Assembly (NCBI GenBank): GCA_013239625.1
Contig: MU054323.1
Location: forward strand, 16,744,029-16,808,028
Direction of reading: 5' to 3'
Source: Lama guanicoe
Lineage: Eukaryota
DNA: 64,000 nucleotides
In this document: piece by piece, positions 50,256 through 63,658 of the stretch
Numbering within the stretch: the first letter of the stretch is position 1
How the letters are laid out: each line of letters begins with the position of its first letter
Position numbers and translations under genes: made by a program
Notes under the pieces: generated by a model
The model's input: the letters and a program-made list of their open reading frames with translations, nothing else
What the model was told of the DNA's origin: nothing
Databases searched by the model: none

Positions 50256-52429
50256 AAAAAGTCAGCACTTGACTTCCTGCTAATAAAGCATCAGAAGCTC
50301 AAGCAACAACTAGGAAGAGTGGAGTTGTACCCCACACTGTGGAGCAGACTTGCAGTTAACGTGGGATCTTTTCTTTAGACCATATTCCCAGAAAGGGAAT
50401 TGCTGATCAAAGGGCACGAACATTTTTTATGACTCTTGGCCAAAAGTGCATTTTTTAAAAAGGGATACACTAATTTCTACTGTCTATTTTGCCACACCTT
50501 CTCCAGTGATGAATAGTTATCTGGATTTTTTCTCTTTTTTTTTGTCACACCAAGAATTCTTGAGAAGAGTGTTCAGTGTGAGGAGTGGTCACCCACAGTG
50601 GGGTCCAAATCAGTGCTGTGGTGAAGTTAGCAACATTTAAAAATCCACTCACTGCCACTTATTCTAAAATGAGCATTCCCAAGCTCCCCCATCCCCCTCA
50701 AGCCCTTCATCCGTTCTCTCAGGGGCATCCCTTTGGCACCAGGCCCCTCAGATACTCATGCCCTGGCCTTCCCTTCCCCAGGCCCATTAAAACCGGCCTA
50801 GGAGCAGATACGACATCAGTCACTCACCTCTTCATGTGGCTCTAAATCAAAGCATCACTGCTCTAAGCACAGGCTTGCATGTTAGCTAGGATTTAGGAAT
50901 GAAAAGCTTTGTTCTCTGTTAAAGGAACTTAGAGCTTAGATGTCCCAGACTGAGAATCCACCAAAAGCTGGCCAAAGACGCTCATAATTAAGCTGTGATT
51001 TGAGAAGCTTCAAGAGGCCAGAGCTTCAAAGTTGGGACCTAGAAGGTGCAGTGAGAGGATAAACCCACCAGAGGAGTGAGGCGGTGGGAACCGAACATGA
51101 GATAAGGAACTACATGTGGAAGTCACAGAGGTTGAAATCATGCCTCGCTGATGTCAGAACTTTACCTAGAGTCACTCCAAGGTGAGTATAACTCACTTAA
51201 AATAAAAACCTGAAAGCGGCTTTTTATGCCAACAAAGTGCAATTTAATAAATAATTATCAATCGTTTTTATATAAAATGCATGTGAAGCATGAATGGTTT
51301 TGATCTTTTATAGTCATGACACAAAAGCTTTTAGTCCTGCTCATGGTTATATCATTGCATGAGCCTGAGCAAGCCTTCCAATCTTGCTGGCCTTGCCTTT
51401 TATTTATAAGTTATAGACAGTTCTGCCCTGCCTAGTGGCCTGGGGGCTGGTGAGGATGAGAGGCATAAATTGGATGTGTAAGCTAAAGGTCAGATGTGGC
51501 CTTTGATAGCTGATTCCAGGCATCACCTATGGTCAGGGTCTAATCTCCAGAAGTCCAAGATTAAATAACAGGTAGAACTGAATGCTTTCAGCTTTTTGTC
51601 CAGTGACATGGATGTGTAGTTAATAGCCTGCAGCCCAGATTTGTAAGACACTAATTGGAATATAGCATTAAACCCACAGAGAGTAAAGGATAAAGGGAAT
51701 TTTAAAATAAGAGGCAGGAAATAAATGATATTTAATTTGGACATGTGCCCCCAGTGCATCTGGAGAAAAATCAACAAAACATAGATATCAGTGGAAAACC
51801 TAGAGAAATGAGCCACAATTACTCTAAAATATATATGCACAGGAAATTGGATAGGAGCTTACAATGTTGTTTTGGGCTGCACAGATGGCCTTTTGAGCCT
51901 GCAAAGGGAAATGAGAGTTTATCTCTGAAAAATCGGATGGAATTATATATAAAATCAGGCTAAAATTTGTCATAAGCCATCTCACAACTGCAAGGGTTTC
52001 TATAAATTGCAGGTCAGTCCATGATCCTTGGAGAGACATGAGACAGTTGGTAAAGGGGTCAGATTTTGCAGTCAGACATCCTCATGGGATCTTTGCCTTT
52101 TACTAGCTGTGCAACCTTAAATGTGTTTTAAATTGTCTGTCCCATTAATTTAGCTCAAGAAAATGGAGAGGGAAAAAAATCTCTCCATTTTGCAAGGTTG
52201 TTGGAGGGACTATAGATGAAGTATCTGAAGTTCCTGACACATAGGAAATATCAAATAAATGTCAGTCAGTAGCAGCAGCAGGGGTAGGAATGAAAGCTGA
52301 CTCCCAGGTTCTCAGACTCCACCCACCAGAGTCCTTCTCTGCCCCAAGTGTCCCACAGTCCTGGTCCACACACCTGTGTTCCTCCTGAAGCCAATCGAAG
52401 CTCTAGAATTGCTGAATAAGAGGAGTCTG

Positions 52430-53331
52430 TGTGAAAGGAAAAGCAAATGGAGTCAGTAGTGCTAAGAGAGCACTCTAAAATGGAGCCAGGAGGCCATAAA
52501 GGAGATGTGAGTTATGCACATCTCAGCCTGGAAGGCATCTGACCTTTGGACCTGATGAAGTCACCCAGAACATCTGCCAGGAACTCATAACAGCCTATCT
52601 ACTTATCAGACCCTTACTCTAAATTAACTCATGACAGTCTATCTCCTTATTGGACCCTTACCCTAAAAAAGCCTTGTGATTCCTTAAGGACAAATATTTT
52701 CTGACTTGTGTCAGAGATGGTCACAGTTCTCACCTTGTCAACTTTTATAAATTTTGTGCCTTGTCTTTTTTTTTTTTTTTTTTTTTTTTAGAATATAAAG
52801 GATTTTATGGATAAGAGTTCCCTGAGTTGGGAAGGATATTCCAGACAACTGAAACATCATGAACCAATATGTAGTGGCGTGAAGGGCACTCACCGTACGT
52901 GCATGGAGTGACACGTTGGTATTTTTTGGTACTTAGTTCTTAGATAAATTTGTACATCATTCTGGGTACATTTCTTTTTTTTTAACATTTTTGATTGATT
53001 TATAATCATTTTACAATGCTGTGTCAAATTCCAAAATTGCAGAACAGATAAACAAGATTACACTGTATAGCACAGGGAAATATACACAAAATGTTATGAT
53101 AAATCACAGAGGAAAAAATGTGACAATGAGTGTGTATATGTCCATGGATGAGAAAAATTGTGCTGAACACTGGAATTTGCCTTCTTGTCTTTATAAGCCC
53201 CCGACCCTTTCTCTTCCCTGGAACTCCCTTTCAGAGTTACCCAAAGCTGTGTCTCCCAAATAGCAGTTCTTAAGACCCCCAATAAATTATTTTCTTACTT
53301 GCAGCCTCCTGCATTGCTTTTTTGGTTGACA
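52430..53331 (+). mobile_element. ERV1-like solo LTR interrupted by an L1 transduction insert
   Basis: Starts tgtgaaaggaaa...aaatggagtc...ctaaaatggag. TATA-like tttataag at ~53190, AATAAA at 53281, ends ttgaca. No clean TSD seen. Confidence 0.7.
52766..53179 (-). mobile_element. Twin-primed young L1 3' end with a ~185-bp 3' transduction
   Basis: In order: T24 (52766-52789), unique DNA (52790-52974), T run, L1 terminus antisense (to 53033), then L1 3'UTR in the opposite orientation (53032-53179). TSD cttgtcttt at 52760-52768 / 53184-53192. Confidence 0.85.
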
Positions 53332-54054
53332 CTTAGGAAGGCAATGAGACTGGAGTGCAGGAGGTAGCCAACTACTAGGAGAATCAAGGTCAAGCTAAGC
53401 TTACCTGGTAGATGAGGTCACTAGCTGACCCACTAGCCAGCCAACACCACCAACTACAAGTCCACCTAGAAGGTTTCTTAAATGAACTTGATAGAATCAA
53501 AATCTAGGATAGTTCAGCCTATTAAACAATCCATTTTCCAGCAGCAGAGTACGGCATTTTCCTAGTGTCTTCCTTCTACAAACTATGGTGGGATGCATTT
53601 TAGTCACATGCTTTGCCAATTATTTTATGTATTTGTTCATATGATAATTTTGACCACATGCTTTGCTACATGCTTGTGAGTGGTTTTTAAAAAGCTGTTA
53701 AAGATTGGAGCCCCAGCACTCACCCCACCAAGTCATCCATTGGTGCCACACCACAGCGTCCCAGCTTCAGAGAGGCAGTTCCTAGGAAAACAGGAACCCA
53801 TTGAGGCAATATTTTTGATCCTGATACTAAAGTTAACAAGGGAATATGCTGCTTGTGTTGTATTCTCAACAACAGAAATGACAGTTGTGCCCCTCAGAAT
53901 CCTCAGAGACCCTGAAAGGAGGGGGAGGGGAGCAACCAGGATGTCTAAGGAGACACCATGGGAAGACCTTAGCTCCCTGACTTTCCCTATCCACAAGTCC
54001 TTTATGCTGAAAGCTTGCTTGTGCCAGCTGGATTCTCTGAATATGGGTTTGGTA

Positions 54055-54509
54055 TGTCGACTGAAAAAAGTACACAATGTGAGACCTGTGAGTTCAGTTT
54101 TATTTAGGGTAAAATGAAGAGTATAGCCCGGGAGATGGGCCCTCAGATAGCTCTGAGAAACTGCTCCAAAGAGGTGGTGGGGGGAGGTCAGTATGTATGT
54201 GATTTGGTGAAAGGGGATCCATACAATCAAGCCCATTTGGGCAGAAGGTTGCTGCTGGTCACGAGCAGCAGATGTCTCCGTTAATGATTTTAGTGCTTTT
54301 CCAGATATGAGAAGATGCAAGAAATTGGGCTCACAAATCTTCTGAGGGTATCTAACTATTAGAAGGCCCGTCCTGACAGTTTTTCACAGCGCCTCGTTCC
54401 TGATCTCCTCCCTGAACTCCTCTCAGGGTGTGTTGAAGGGCAGAGACTACAGTAACTAGTGACTTCAACTTGGCAGAGGCAGGTGGCGAGCAACAACTTT
54501 TCGTCCACA
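54055..54509 (-). mobile_element. ERV1-class (MER41-like) solo LTR
   Basis: TGTCGAC...GTCCACA termini and a perfect 4-bp TSD ggta (54051-54054 / 54510-54513). Minus-strand AATAAA at ~54098-54103. Confidence 0.9.
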
Positions 54510-56589
54510 GGTATAATGCTGATGTTATGCGGATGAGTCAGGATCTCTTGTCCTCACCCAAAACGTCACCATGTTGAATGATGCTTTGCCCTCTGCCCTC
54601 TCTCTTCATTGGTTGTAGATAAGCGTAGTATAGCCTTTGGGTCAGAGGACTTGTTAGAGAGAGGACTTAATAATAAAAAATAAAGCCTCTGTGAGCACAC
54701 AGAGGGAGAATGGATCAGAGCAGTAGACCAAAATTTTAACTATAGGAAAGAGAAATTGGGGTGGTAGGGGAAACTGGAGTTCAGAATTTTTATTAGGACT
54801 GACTTCTCAAAAGCTGGCAAAACATTTGAAGCTAGAGTAGAGAACATAAAGAAATTCATAAGTGGTTGTTACTTTAGCTAACTTAAGGAAAAAGCACTGA
54901 ACTTCAAATGAAAATGACATTCAGAGATGAACATTGGGGCCCATTCAAGATGTGGAGGAATTATGAGCAGAGAAATGCCTGCAAAAAGAGACTCCATGGT
55001 ATTCAGAACAGAAATGGGACTCAAATAAAGGTTAACACACACACATACACACACACACAGAGATAAAACAAATATTTTAATGATTTCCTTTTCCTGTGGT
55101 CTGCTTTAGAATTCGCCCCAAAGCCATTTGTCTCTGTGGTTATTCAGATTTTGTTTCTCTTCTTACTACCTCCTACTGTGTTTTCTTGATCCCCAGAGTT
55201 TGGGCTGAATAAGGAGAGGTAGTGAAATTCAAATCACTGTGTTTTACCCTTTGGTAGCCTTTTGGCTGAGAGATATGAGGGCTGAAGCGGTGCTTGTGGC
55301 TAACTTGTGGTTTATAGACCATGTGGCTGTTGTTTATTTTTGTTTTTAGCTACTGTACTCACATTACCCCAGTTTACCACATCAAGTCCTGTTTGGGCAG
55401 GAAAAAGACTCAACAGACATTTGCTGAATGCCTTGACTCTGCTTTGCTCCTGCCCTTAAATACTCCTCAGGAGAGTCTTAGCAACTTCCCAATACAAAAT
55501 CCATGCTAAAGTCTGATTACTCCAGTCCTCAATAATGTGCTATTAGTTGGATACAAAGTGGTCTAAAGTTGATACCAGCAAAAGATTTTATAACATATTC
55601 TCTAGTGTCAGCAATAACGTAAATAAGAGGAATTCTAAAGGATTCAGGGGGATAAGCCTGTTTTCAGATAGTTTAGCCGTAAACATTTGATACCAACAAG
55701 AAACATGCTAGATATAAGTGGCATTTCTCAGGGCATTCAAGCAAATCGGCAAAGACCTTAAACTCAGAGACACTTTCTGAGCCACTGATTCATGTCATTA
55801 TGTATATGTATTAATTACAGTGATGCAGCCTTTTCACAATTTTCAGTATTTCAGGTCATTCACTAACCTGGCCTGTGCTTTAATCATTTTAAGTCTGAAT
55901 AAGTGAGGTTTCATTATGATTTACAGAAGTATATAACATGGCAGGAAGAAGTATGTTCATCTAATATTGGCTGTTTTTTTCTCCTTGTTTAATCTAGAAA
56001 GGAAGGGTGATGGGGAGGCAAAATTCTGTCCGGCAAGATGACTTAGGGCTGGATAAAAAGACAAGTGTCTCTGAGGTCAGTAAGGATTACAAATGTGATT
56101 TGGAAAAAGAAAAGAGATTCAAGAAGTTAGAAAGCCCAGCTCAGTGTAGAAAGTGTCATCTGTCAGAACATGGATTCCAATTCTATCCCACTGAGCTGAG
56201 CATAATCATCAAGGAATTTTAAGTCCCTTCCAGGCCAAGCATTCCCCATGACCTGGGGGAAACTCAGTCCAGCAGCATGCATTGGGAAAGGTGCCAGCCA
56301 TATCAGGCTCCCAAAGAGCCCTACACTTTGGGAGTTTTGGGAGAGAATCCCAAGTTATCTGGAGAAATAGACCCCGTGCTTCTAACCCTTGCTGGTAAGC
56401 ATTACTTCAGAGTCATCAAAAGAAGATAACACTTTTCTTTTCCCTTTGAAAACTGGACAGCTGAAAGAGAAGATAAAGATAGAAAGACGTATAGCGTGTT
56501 CCAGGAGTCTCTCATCTGTGAATCTACCTTCCACTGAGGTCATGTCCGCCTTCTGAAATGCTTATCACTCTATCCCAAATCCATTTCGT

Positions 56590-56725
56590 GGGGGTGAGGG
56601 TATAGGTCAGTGGTAGGGTGCATGCCTAGCATGCCTGAGGTCCTGGGTTCAATCCCCAGTAACTCCATTTAAAAAAAAAGAATAACCTAATTACCTCCCC
56701 AGCAAAAAAGATTTAAAAAAAAAAA
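56590..56725 (+). mobile_element. tRNA-derived SINE (Vic-1-like), long type
   Basis: gggggtgagggtataggtcagtggtag...ggtcctgggttcaatcccc, then 'cctaattacctcccc' and an A tail. Confidence 0.9.
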
Positions 56726-57255
56726 TAGTTGGCCAAATCTAACTCAGCAACTTGTTCAACTTTGACCAAGAGATATTTTTAAGAAAAGTCCTGTAAAAGT
56801 ATAAAATTTTACATATGGCAAAGGCGATCAATATCTACATAAAAGTGAGACATGCGTGGTTCAGAGGAGGATATTTTCCTCTGTGTATCATCTACTATTA
56901 AAATTAAAGTGGTTTAATGAAACATTTCCTAGGCTGCGTTGAGTGTGTCAGACTGCCCTTGGCTCCTGGGGAGTAGGGGGAATAGAAGAGGGAACCTACC
57001 ATTTTATCTTAAGCTCACTCCTATCCCTGTGCCTTTGCTCATGTGGATTTCTTTGCCTGGAATTTCCACTTTGTTCTCATTTAAGGCCCACTACAAATTC
57101 AATTTCTTCATGAATCCTTCCCACAAATCTTGCCCACAAGTCTCTCCCCTTTTTCTCTTTCTTAGTTATCACTACTTAGTACAATGTCCCCTTTAATACT
57201 AGGTCACATAACAAGCTTTGTCTCATTATATATGGCTGTCTTTTTCCCCCAGTAC

Positions 57256-57367
57256 TTTTTAATATCAGTTTTTTGCTTTGTTTCGTTTTAATGGAGACAC
57301 TGGGGATTGAACCCAGGACCTCATGCACGCTAAGCATGTGCTCTACCACTTGAGGAATACCCTCCCC
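57256..57367 (-). mobile_element. tRNA-derived SINE (Vic-1-like), short type
   Basis: Antisense 'ctggggattgaacccaggacctcatgcacgctaagcatgtgctctaccacttgag...accctcccc'. 'cccccagta' flanks both sides. Confidence 0.9.
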
Positions 57368-59804
57368 GCTTCCCCCAGTATTTAAGTTTTTCTAAGGCCT
57401 GAAAATTCCTTCCCTTCTCTCGCTAAATTTATCTCTCTCCTCCCTATCTCTTATTCCTTTCTCTCTTTTAATTTTCTGTGCTAGGAAGCTAATGATAACA
57501 GATATTTCCTGCGTATATACTACGTGCCAGTAAATGTGCTAAGTGATTTACACACTTTATCAAGGAAGATATGTTGAATAAGTAGTCACCAAATTAAGTT
57601 GAATTTAGTTGAAAAAAATTAGTATGGTTTATAAATTGAATAAAATGTGGTCATTGAATCACCTGCTCTGATCTTTCACCATCTTCCTCCTTTCCTTTTC
57701 ACTGCTTTTGGAAACTGGGTCACCTTCAGGGACCCTTCTCCACAATCTCAACATCGATATCTCAGGGATTGCGGTTAGGGCAATTCAAAAAAAAAATCAA
57801 ATTCAGTTGTTCGAGTACCAAGTATATGACTATAAAATGACCTTCTGATGGGATTGGTCATTAGGTTCTGGGCTCACCACCCCTCGGAGGGAACAAGAAG
57901 GTGGAGATAGCTGGTCTATGTTGTTGACAAAGCAGTTAAGAAGAAGTTAAATTTTCAGCCCCTCACAATTCATCTTCCCACTCTCTCTTCCCAAGCCGTT
58001 CTTGTCTCCTGAATACGTTCTCATCTGGTTTTCCCAGACCCTAAGTCCTGAAAGAAGCCTCATTCCCTTCTAGATTCCCCTTCCTCCGTGAAAATGAAGA
58101 CAATAACTATATCTAGTTTCCCGTTCAGATGCTCATATTGACTTGATTTCTAGCCGAGATTAAAATTGGCCAGAGGAGGTGACTTCAACATAAAGGTTAA
58201 TTCTTCTTTTGAGCACCAGATCAGCAGGACGGGCCCTTGTGTCTACCAGTCCACCCCCAAGGCAGTCGGTTAAATAGACAATGCCTAGAGCTATAGATAT
58301 GCTATCTTCTTGGCTCCTTCAAATGAACCCTTATTCAGTTGTTTAGTCTAAAGCAGAAAGCCAACTGCCTCACTTCAGTCCAGAGGGGGAACGCTGAGAT
58401 ATTGCACAAACTGCATGCAGTTTAAGCTTCGGGAAATTTGAACTGAAACGTGGACTGAGAAAGCCCACAGTGCATTTACACATTGAGCTGTTGTTTAAAC
58501 CCTTTTCACATGTGATGAGCTCATATTCAAAATGTTTTGACTCAACACGCATGAGGGCTTGGCAAGGACTGGTGGGGAGGAGTGCCCGGTCACGGAAAAC
58601 AGGGCCGGTGCAGCTCGTTCCCTAGGAGCGCACAGGCCTTCGCGGGCCAGGGTTTCTGTTATTTAAAAAGGCAAGTAGAGACTCTCTCCTCTCAAACTGG
58701 CATGAATTCCAAGGTTACAATAAGTCAACAGTCATTTTTTCCATGCTTCCTACTACAGAGTGTCCCAATAAAGTATATACGTAGTATATTAATATATGTT
58801 TTACGGGGTAGAGCAGTTAGACATTAACCAATATCTGTTTGAATTTTGTGAAAGTCACAAATGTTTAAAACGGCCACTATCTCAGATTTGACCACATGCA
58901 AGATACGTATTGCTTTAATAAATATATTTAACATCTGAAAGGGATTGACATTTTCCTAGGACACACTGTTCTAACGGAGTTTATAAAGGCCCTGGGTTGT
59001 TAGCTGGAAGGCTGATAGGTCTGTTATTCACCAGCATATATACTCTACAACTTGGGTCCAGCCACAGATTTACTCTCAGATTTCAATGCATCTTGAAAAA
59101 GTCCTTGGAAAAGACTATCGACACAAGTCATGCATTAAGTTTTTACCCTCAGAAAGACATTCAATTCCTGTGTTTCAGTTGAACCTGTAAGTAATCCAAG
59201 TTAAATGGCTGCAATGAATGGACCACACAGAATGCCACGCTGAGCAATGCAGACTTTATCTTTCCATTAATGGGGCATCTGGTAAGGTTTGAAAATTCCA
59301 TTGGAGGATATTAATCCAGCAGGAGTAGGAAGATGGATTCAAGGGAGTAGGCGTTCTAGGGAGATGTATGGCCTGGATGTGAGTACTGCTGGTAAGAATA
59401 GGAAGGGAGGGAAGAGAAGATGGGATGCTTAGAAAGACGAACTGACAAGCTCCGGTAGCTGAGCAATTAGATACAGGGGATAAAGAAGAGAGGTGGGTGG
59501 GATGCAGGGATGACATCAAGGTTTCTCCAGAGAGCTGGGAGTGTGATGGGGTCACTGACAGGAAGAGCAAGACAGGAATAGAAACCAGTTTGTACTGAAT
59601 CAAGAAGAGGGTTGAACTCAAAGAATCTTAAAGCTACAACAAGTCTTAAAGAAGACACCAACCCCAACTTTCTACTTCCACGATGTATTTCAGAGTCCAA
59701 ACTGAGGCCCAGAGAGGAGAGCATCCAGGCTCGTTGACAGTCTCACAGCTAGGTGGCACGAAGCACACACTAGCACCCAAACTTTGGTCTCTTGGTTCTT
59801 TCTG

Positions 59805-60315
59805 TCCTGTGATCATTGTTAATTGTCCTGCACAAAAGCCAGAAATTTTTGGTTGCAAGTGATAGACAATCCAACCCAATTTGACTTGAACAAATAAAGA
59901 AATCTATTGGCTCATGTAGCTTTAAAGTCCAAAGGATTCAGGTCAACATGTCACTGAGTATCTAGTTTCTTTTTGTCTAGCCTCTGCCCAACATCCTTGA
60001 TGGTTCCGAGATGGGTATGAACAGGTCTCTGGGCTGTGTGCTTACTCATTCATATCCAGCTGGAAGGAAAGAAGGCATTTGTTCTGGAATTGTAAGCAGA
60101 AGTCTTGAGATTTACTCCAGTTGGATCTGCTTAGTCACATGTCCACCCAGAACCAAGCACAATGACCAAAGCATCAAATGTGCTGACCTGAGTCACAGGC
60201 TTCACCCCTGGAATCAGATGTCATAGAACCAAATGGTGCCCTAAACTGAAATGAGGGTGGCTATTAGGAAGAAAACAATAGAAGCTGCAGGATCAACCAA
60301 AAATGTCTATTACAC
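59805..60315 (-). mobile_element. MLT1J/K-like MaLR LTR
   Basis: 'ttttggttgcaagtgatagacaatccaacccaa...tattggctcatgta...cttagtcacatgtccacccagaacca'. Confidence 0.65.
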
Positions 60316-61676
60316 ATTGTTTGGCCAAATTCCTTTCTCTTTTTTTCCATATCAAGTATATAGTTTCTATGTTAGATACAATGATTAAGTGGTTTGCCCA
60401 AAAGTTTTAAAAATATATTAGACAGAAATCAGAATTTTCATACTCACCATAGTATTGAGAAAGGGGAACAGGAGTTTAACAAAAATGTTTCAAAGGGAAA
60501 GAAAAGTAATTAGAGTAAGTAGGTTCAAATTCTAAGCAAATGCAACTGAGGCTTTGCCCTTGAAATATATTTTAGGCAGCATTCTCTAAAGCCAAGTAAA
60601 ATCTGAGGCTGCTGTGTGCTGGGGCCTTTTCTCCTCACTTCAGTGGGCTGGCGTGGCGGTTGGTGACCCCTATAATACGAAGGCTCTTGTCACTCTGGCA
60701 TCAATGATGAGTGGTGTGACAAGGTTTGGTGTATCTTTGATAATTACTTTAAAATGACTCTAAACTACCCTGTTTTGTTTTTTTTTTTCCCTACACCATT
60801 GCCTAAGGAAGTCTTTAGCAACCACTGGTCTATGCTTCTGAGAAACATTTGACCACAAGTGTCTTAGATTCAAAACACATTTCTTTGTGGGAAGAAAGAC
60901 ACCACCCAACACACACACCCATCCTAATTTTGAATGGACTTAATTTCTGAGTTCTAGACGCTGCCTCACAATGCTATTAAAAATAGTAAGAGCCTCTTGA
61001 AAACTCCAGAGGCTGAGCTCACAAGCAGGGACTAATGGAGTTCCTCAGAGAAAGCTATCTGGACAGCATTTCTAAATTTTGAGCTGTCTGGCTGATGAGG
61101 AAGATTATCTCATGGCAGGAATGATTTACAAAATAGTTGACACTGACCAACCAGGGCAAATGGCTAACCAACCAAAGTACATACTGATTCTTATGCTGCC
61201 TTTCCTTACCAGTGAAATGTCAGCCCTGCCATGTGAACTGAGGTCTAAAAAGGGAAATTAACTCAAGACTCGTTGGAGCAAGAGAAAGGCTGCTTTGAAT
61301 GGTGAGAAGGGGAGTCAGCCCGCCCATCCTAAGTCAAAGGGGACAACCAGTCCCAAGGAGGAGGCACAGATGGAAAGAAGAAAGGAAAGAAGAGGAAGAA
61401 CAAGTGAGAAGTGGGAGGCGATGGATAAGGCCAGCAGAGCAGAAAGAAAAATGAACAGAGGAGAATAGGAAGGAGAGAAGACATGGCATAACAGACCAGG
61501 AGCAAGCGGGGATAGTGAAGGAGACCGAAGAAAGGCGAGACCTTGGAAATTCAGACAAGCAGAGGAGGAAAAAGAATAGTGAGGAAAAATAAGGCAGAAC
61601 AAGGAGAGGTGTTAAACAGCAATAAGAAAAATGACCGTGTTAATGAGTGATCCTTGTCTCTCTCCACCGTGTGATG

Positions 61677-61884
61677 CAGGGGTCAGCAAACTGTTCTGTA
61701 AAAGGCCAGAGAGTAAATATGTAAGCTTTGTGGATGGTACAGTCTTTGCTCAACTACTCAACTCTGGGTGAAAGCATTCCTAGACAATAAGCAAACAAAT
61801 GGACACGGCTATATTCCAAGAGATCTTTACAAAAGCAAGTGGTGGGTGGGGTTTGGTCCCTGGGTCACAGCATGCTGACCCCTG
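61677..61884. mobile_element. MER58A hAT-Charlie MITE with an 8-bp TSD
   Basis: Terminal inverted repeats caggggtcagca / tgctgacccctg. TSD gtgtgatg (61669-61676) / gtgtaatg (61885-61892). Confidence 0.9.
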
Positions 61885-63226
61885 GTGTAATGGAAACCCC
61901 CTGCAGATGAGGGTGTCTCTGATATTTCTGGTGCCCTTAGAGTGCCCAGCACAGACCTCGGAACACAATACTAGAAAATGTCAGAACCACATGGAAGGGC
62001 CATTTTGCAGTTCCCCAAATATCACAAGAGCAGCAGTTTTCAATGGCTTTTGATAAGTTTTTGCCTACAAAATGGTTGTTTCCCATGGTTCATTCTACCT
62101 ACTGCTTGGTTGGCTACCTATAGATGGCTAATATATTCCTCTTATCACAGCCTGGTGCTGTTATGTCCCTGACTTTCAGACAGATTTTTATTTTTGTGTG
62201 ACTTGCTTCCCAGGAGTAAGGTGGTCATTAAATTTGCATGACCAGGTGATTTTGCTATATCGGCCTGGTCTCTTAGCTTTATTAAGAAACGAATGTCTTA
62301 TTAGGCATTTATTCTCATCAGTGGGGCCCCCTTGAGAGTCCATCTCTGAGAAGATGAAAGATTACCTCCACTCCCCATGATACTGGATAATTCATCGGTG
62401 CACAGCGCGTCCTGGCGCCCTCCTTCTGTTCACTAACCCCCTTCCTATCTTGTCGTTGAACGTGACCCACAGAGCCGATCAGTCCTTTCTGTTCTCAGAA
62501 AAGGTTCTACTTTTTCAGGAACACCTTGCTGACTCCCAGGTTCCTGTGTTTATTATCTCCTGCTTGGGCAGAGAGGAACGAATACAAGTCAATGCTTTAA
62601 AGCAGACATATTTTTAATATTTTAAAAATAATACCTACATATTCTAATATAATCTTCTATTACAGTCACCTTTCTCTTGTATCATAACTGTATTTTTATA
62701 CATTTATTGCTTTAGAGAATTATTATGACCTCATAGCCTTTTGCAGTCTCACCTCCTGGACGTTTAATCTCTGACGGACACATTTTACTAAAGGGAGAGA
62801 CTTGTGAATCATTTGGTCTATTTCCCAAGGCTCCAGTAATATTCAAATAGTTTCAACCAAATTCTTGTTAATCAACAGCACAGCCTTGACCTTAGCAAAA
62901 ACATCCGGCAGATTGAGTGGATTCAGTCACAAGACTGTCTCCTCTTTTGCCTCTTTGGGCTTAAATGGAAGGAACTTGCTTTCCTACCATTCCTAGTGTG
63001 GAAATTCATATCACAGAGAAACAAAAGCTGCTAATGCTTCTGAACACTGAATGGATTCTCACCTTAGGGTCTTCGCTCTTGCTGTCCCTTTTATTTGTTT
63101 ACCCTAGAGCTTCAGACAGCTTCCCCCTCGTCTGCAGGTCTCAACTCAAACACTATTTCTCCAATAAGCCTTCTCTTGTTGCCTCAATTAAAGCAGCTCC
63201 ATGCTCAGCCACAGTTACTAATCATT

Positions 63227-63658
63227 TGTAGTAGCTTGAAAAGTGTCTCCCCCCAAATTCACATCTAATCTGAACCTCAGCATGTGACCTTGTTTGGAAA
63301 CAGATGTAATTAAGGTTAACTGTTGCGATCAGATCATACTGATTAGGATGGGACCTAAATCCAGTGAGCGTATCCTTGAAAAGACAGAAAAGTACACACA
63401 GAGACACAGAGAGAAGGCCGTGGAGAGACAGAGGCAGAGATTGGAGTGATGCTGCCACAGGCCAAGGAATGTAAGGAGCCACAGAGGCTAGAAGAGGCAA
63501 GGAAAGATTCTCTCCTAGAGCCTTTCACTGCAGCATGGCCCTACTGACACCTTGATTTCAGACTTCTGGTCTCCTGAACTGCGAGAGAATAAATTCCTAT
63601 TGTTGTAAGCCACCAAGTTTGTGATAATCTGTGAGGGCAGCCATAGGAAGCTAACACA
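63227..63658 (+). mobile_element. MLT1B/C-like MaLR solo LTR, full length
   Basis: tgtagtagcttgaa...cccccaaattcac...gaggcagagattggagtgatgc...agaataaattcctattgttgtaagccacc...ggaagctaacaca. Confidence 0.88.

Noticed and set aside
53680..54320. Overlapping 145-aa and 195-aa ORFs
   Set aside because: They cross an LTR boundary, start at non-ATG codons and show no recognisable domain.
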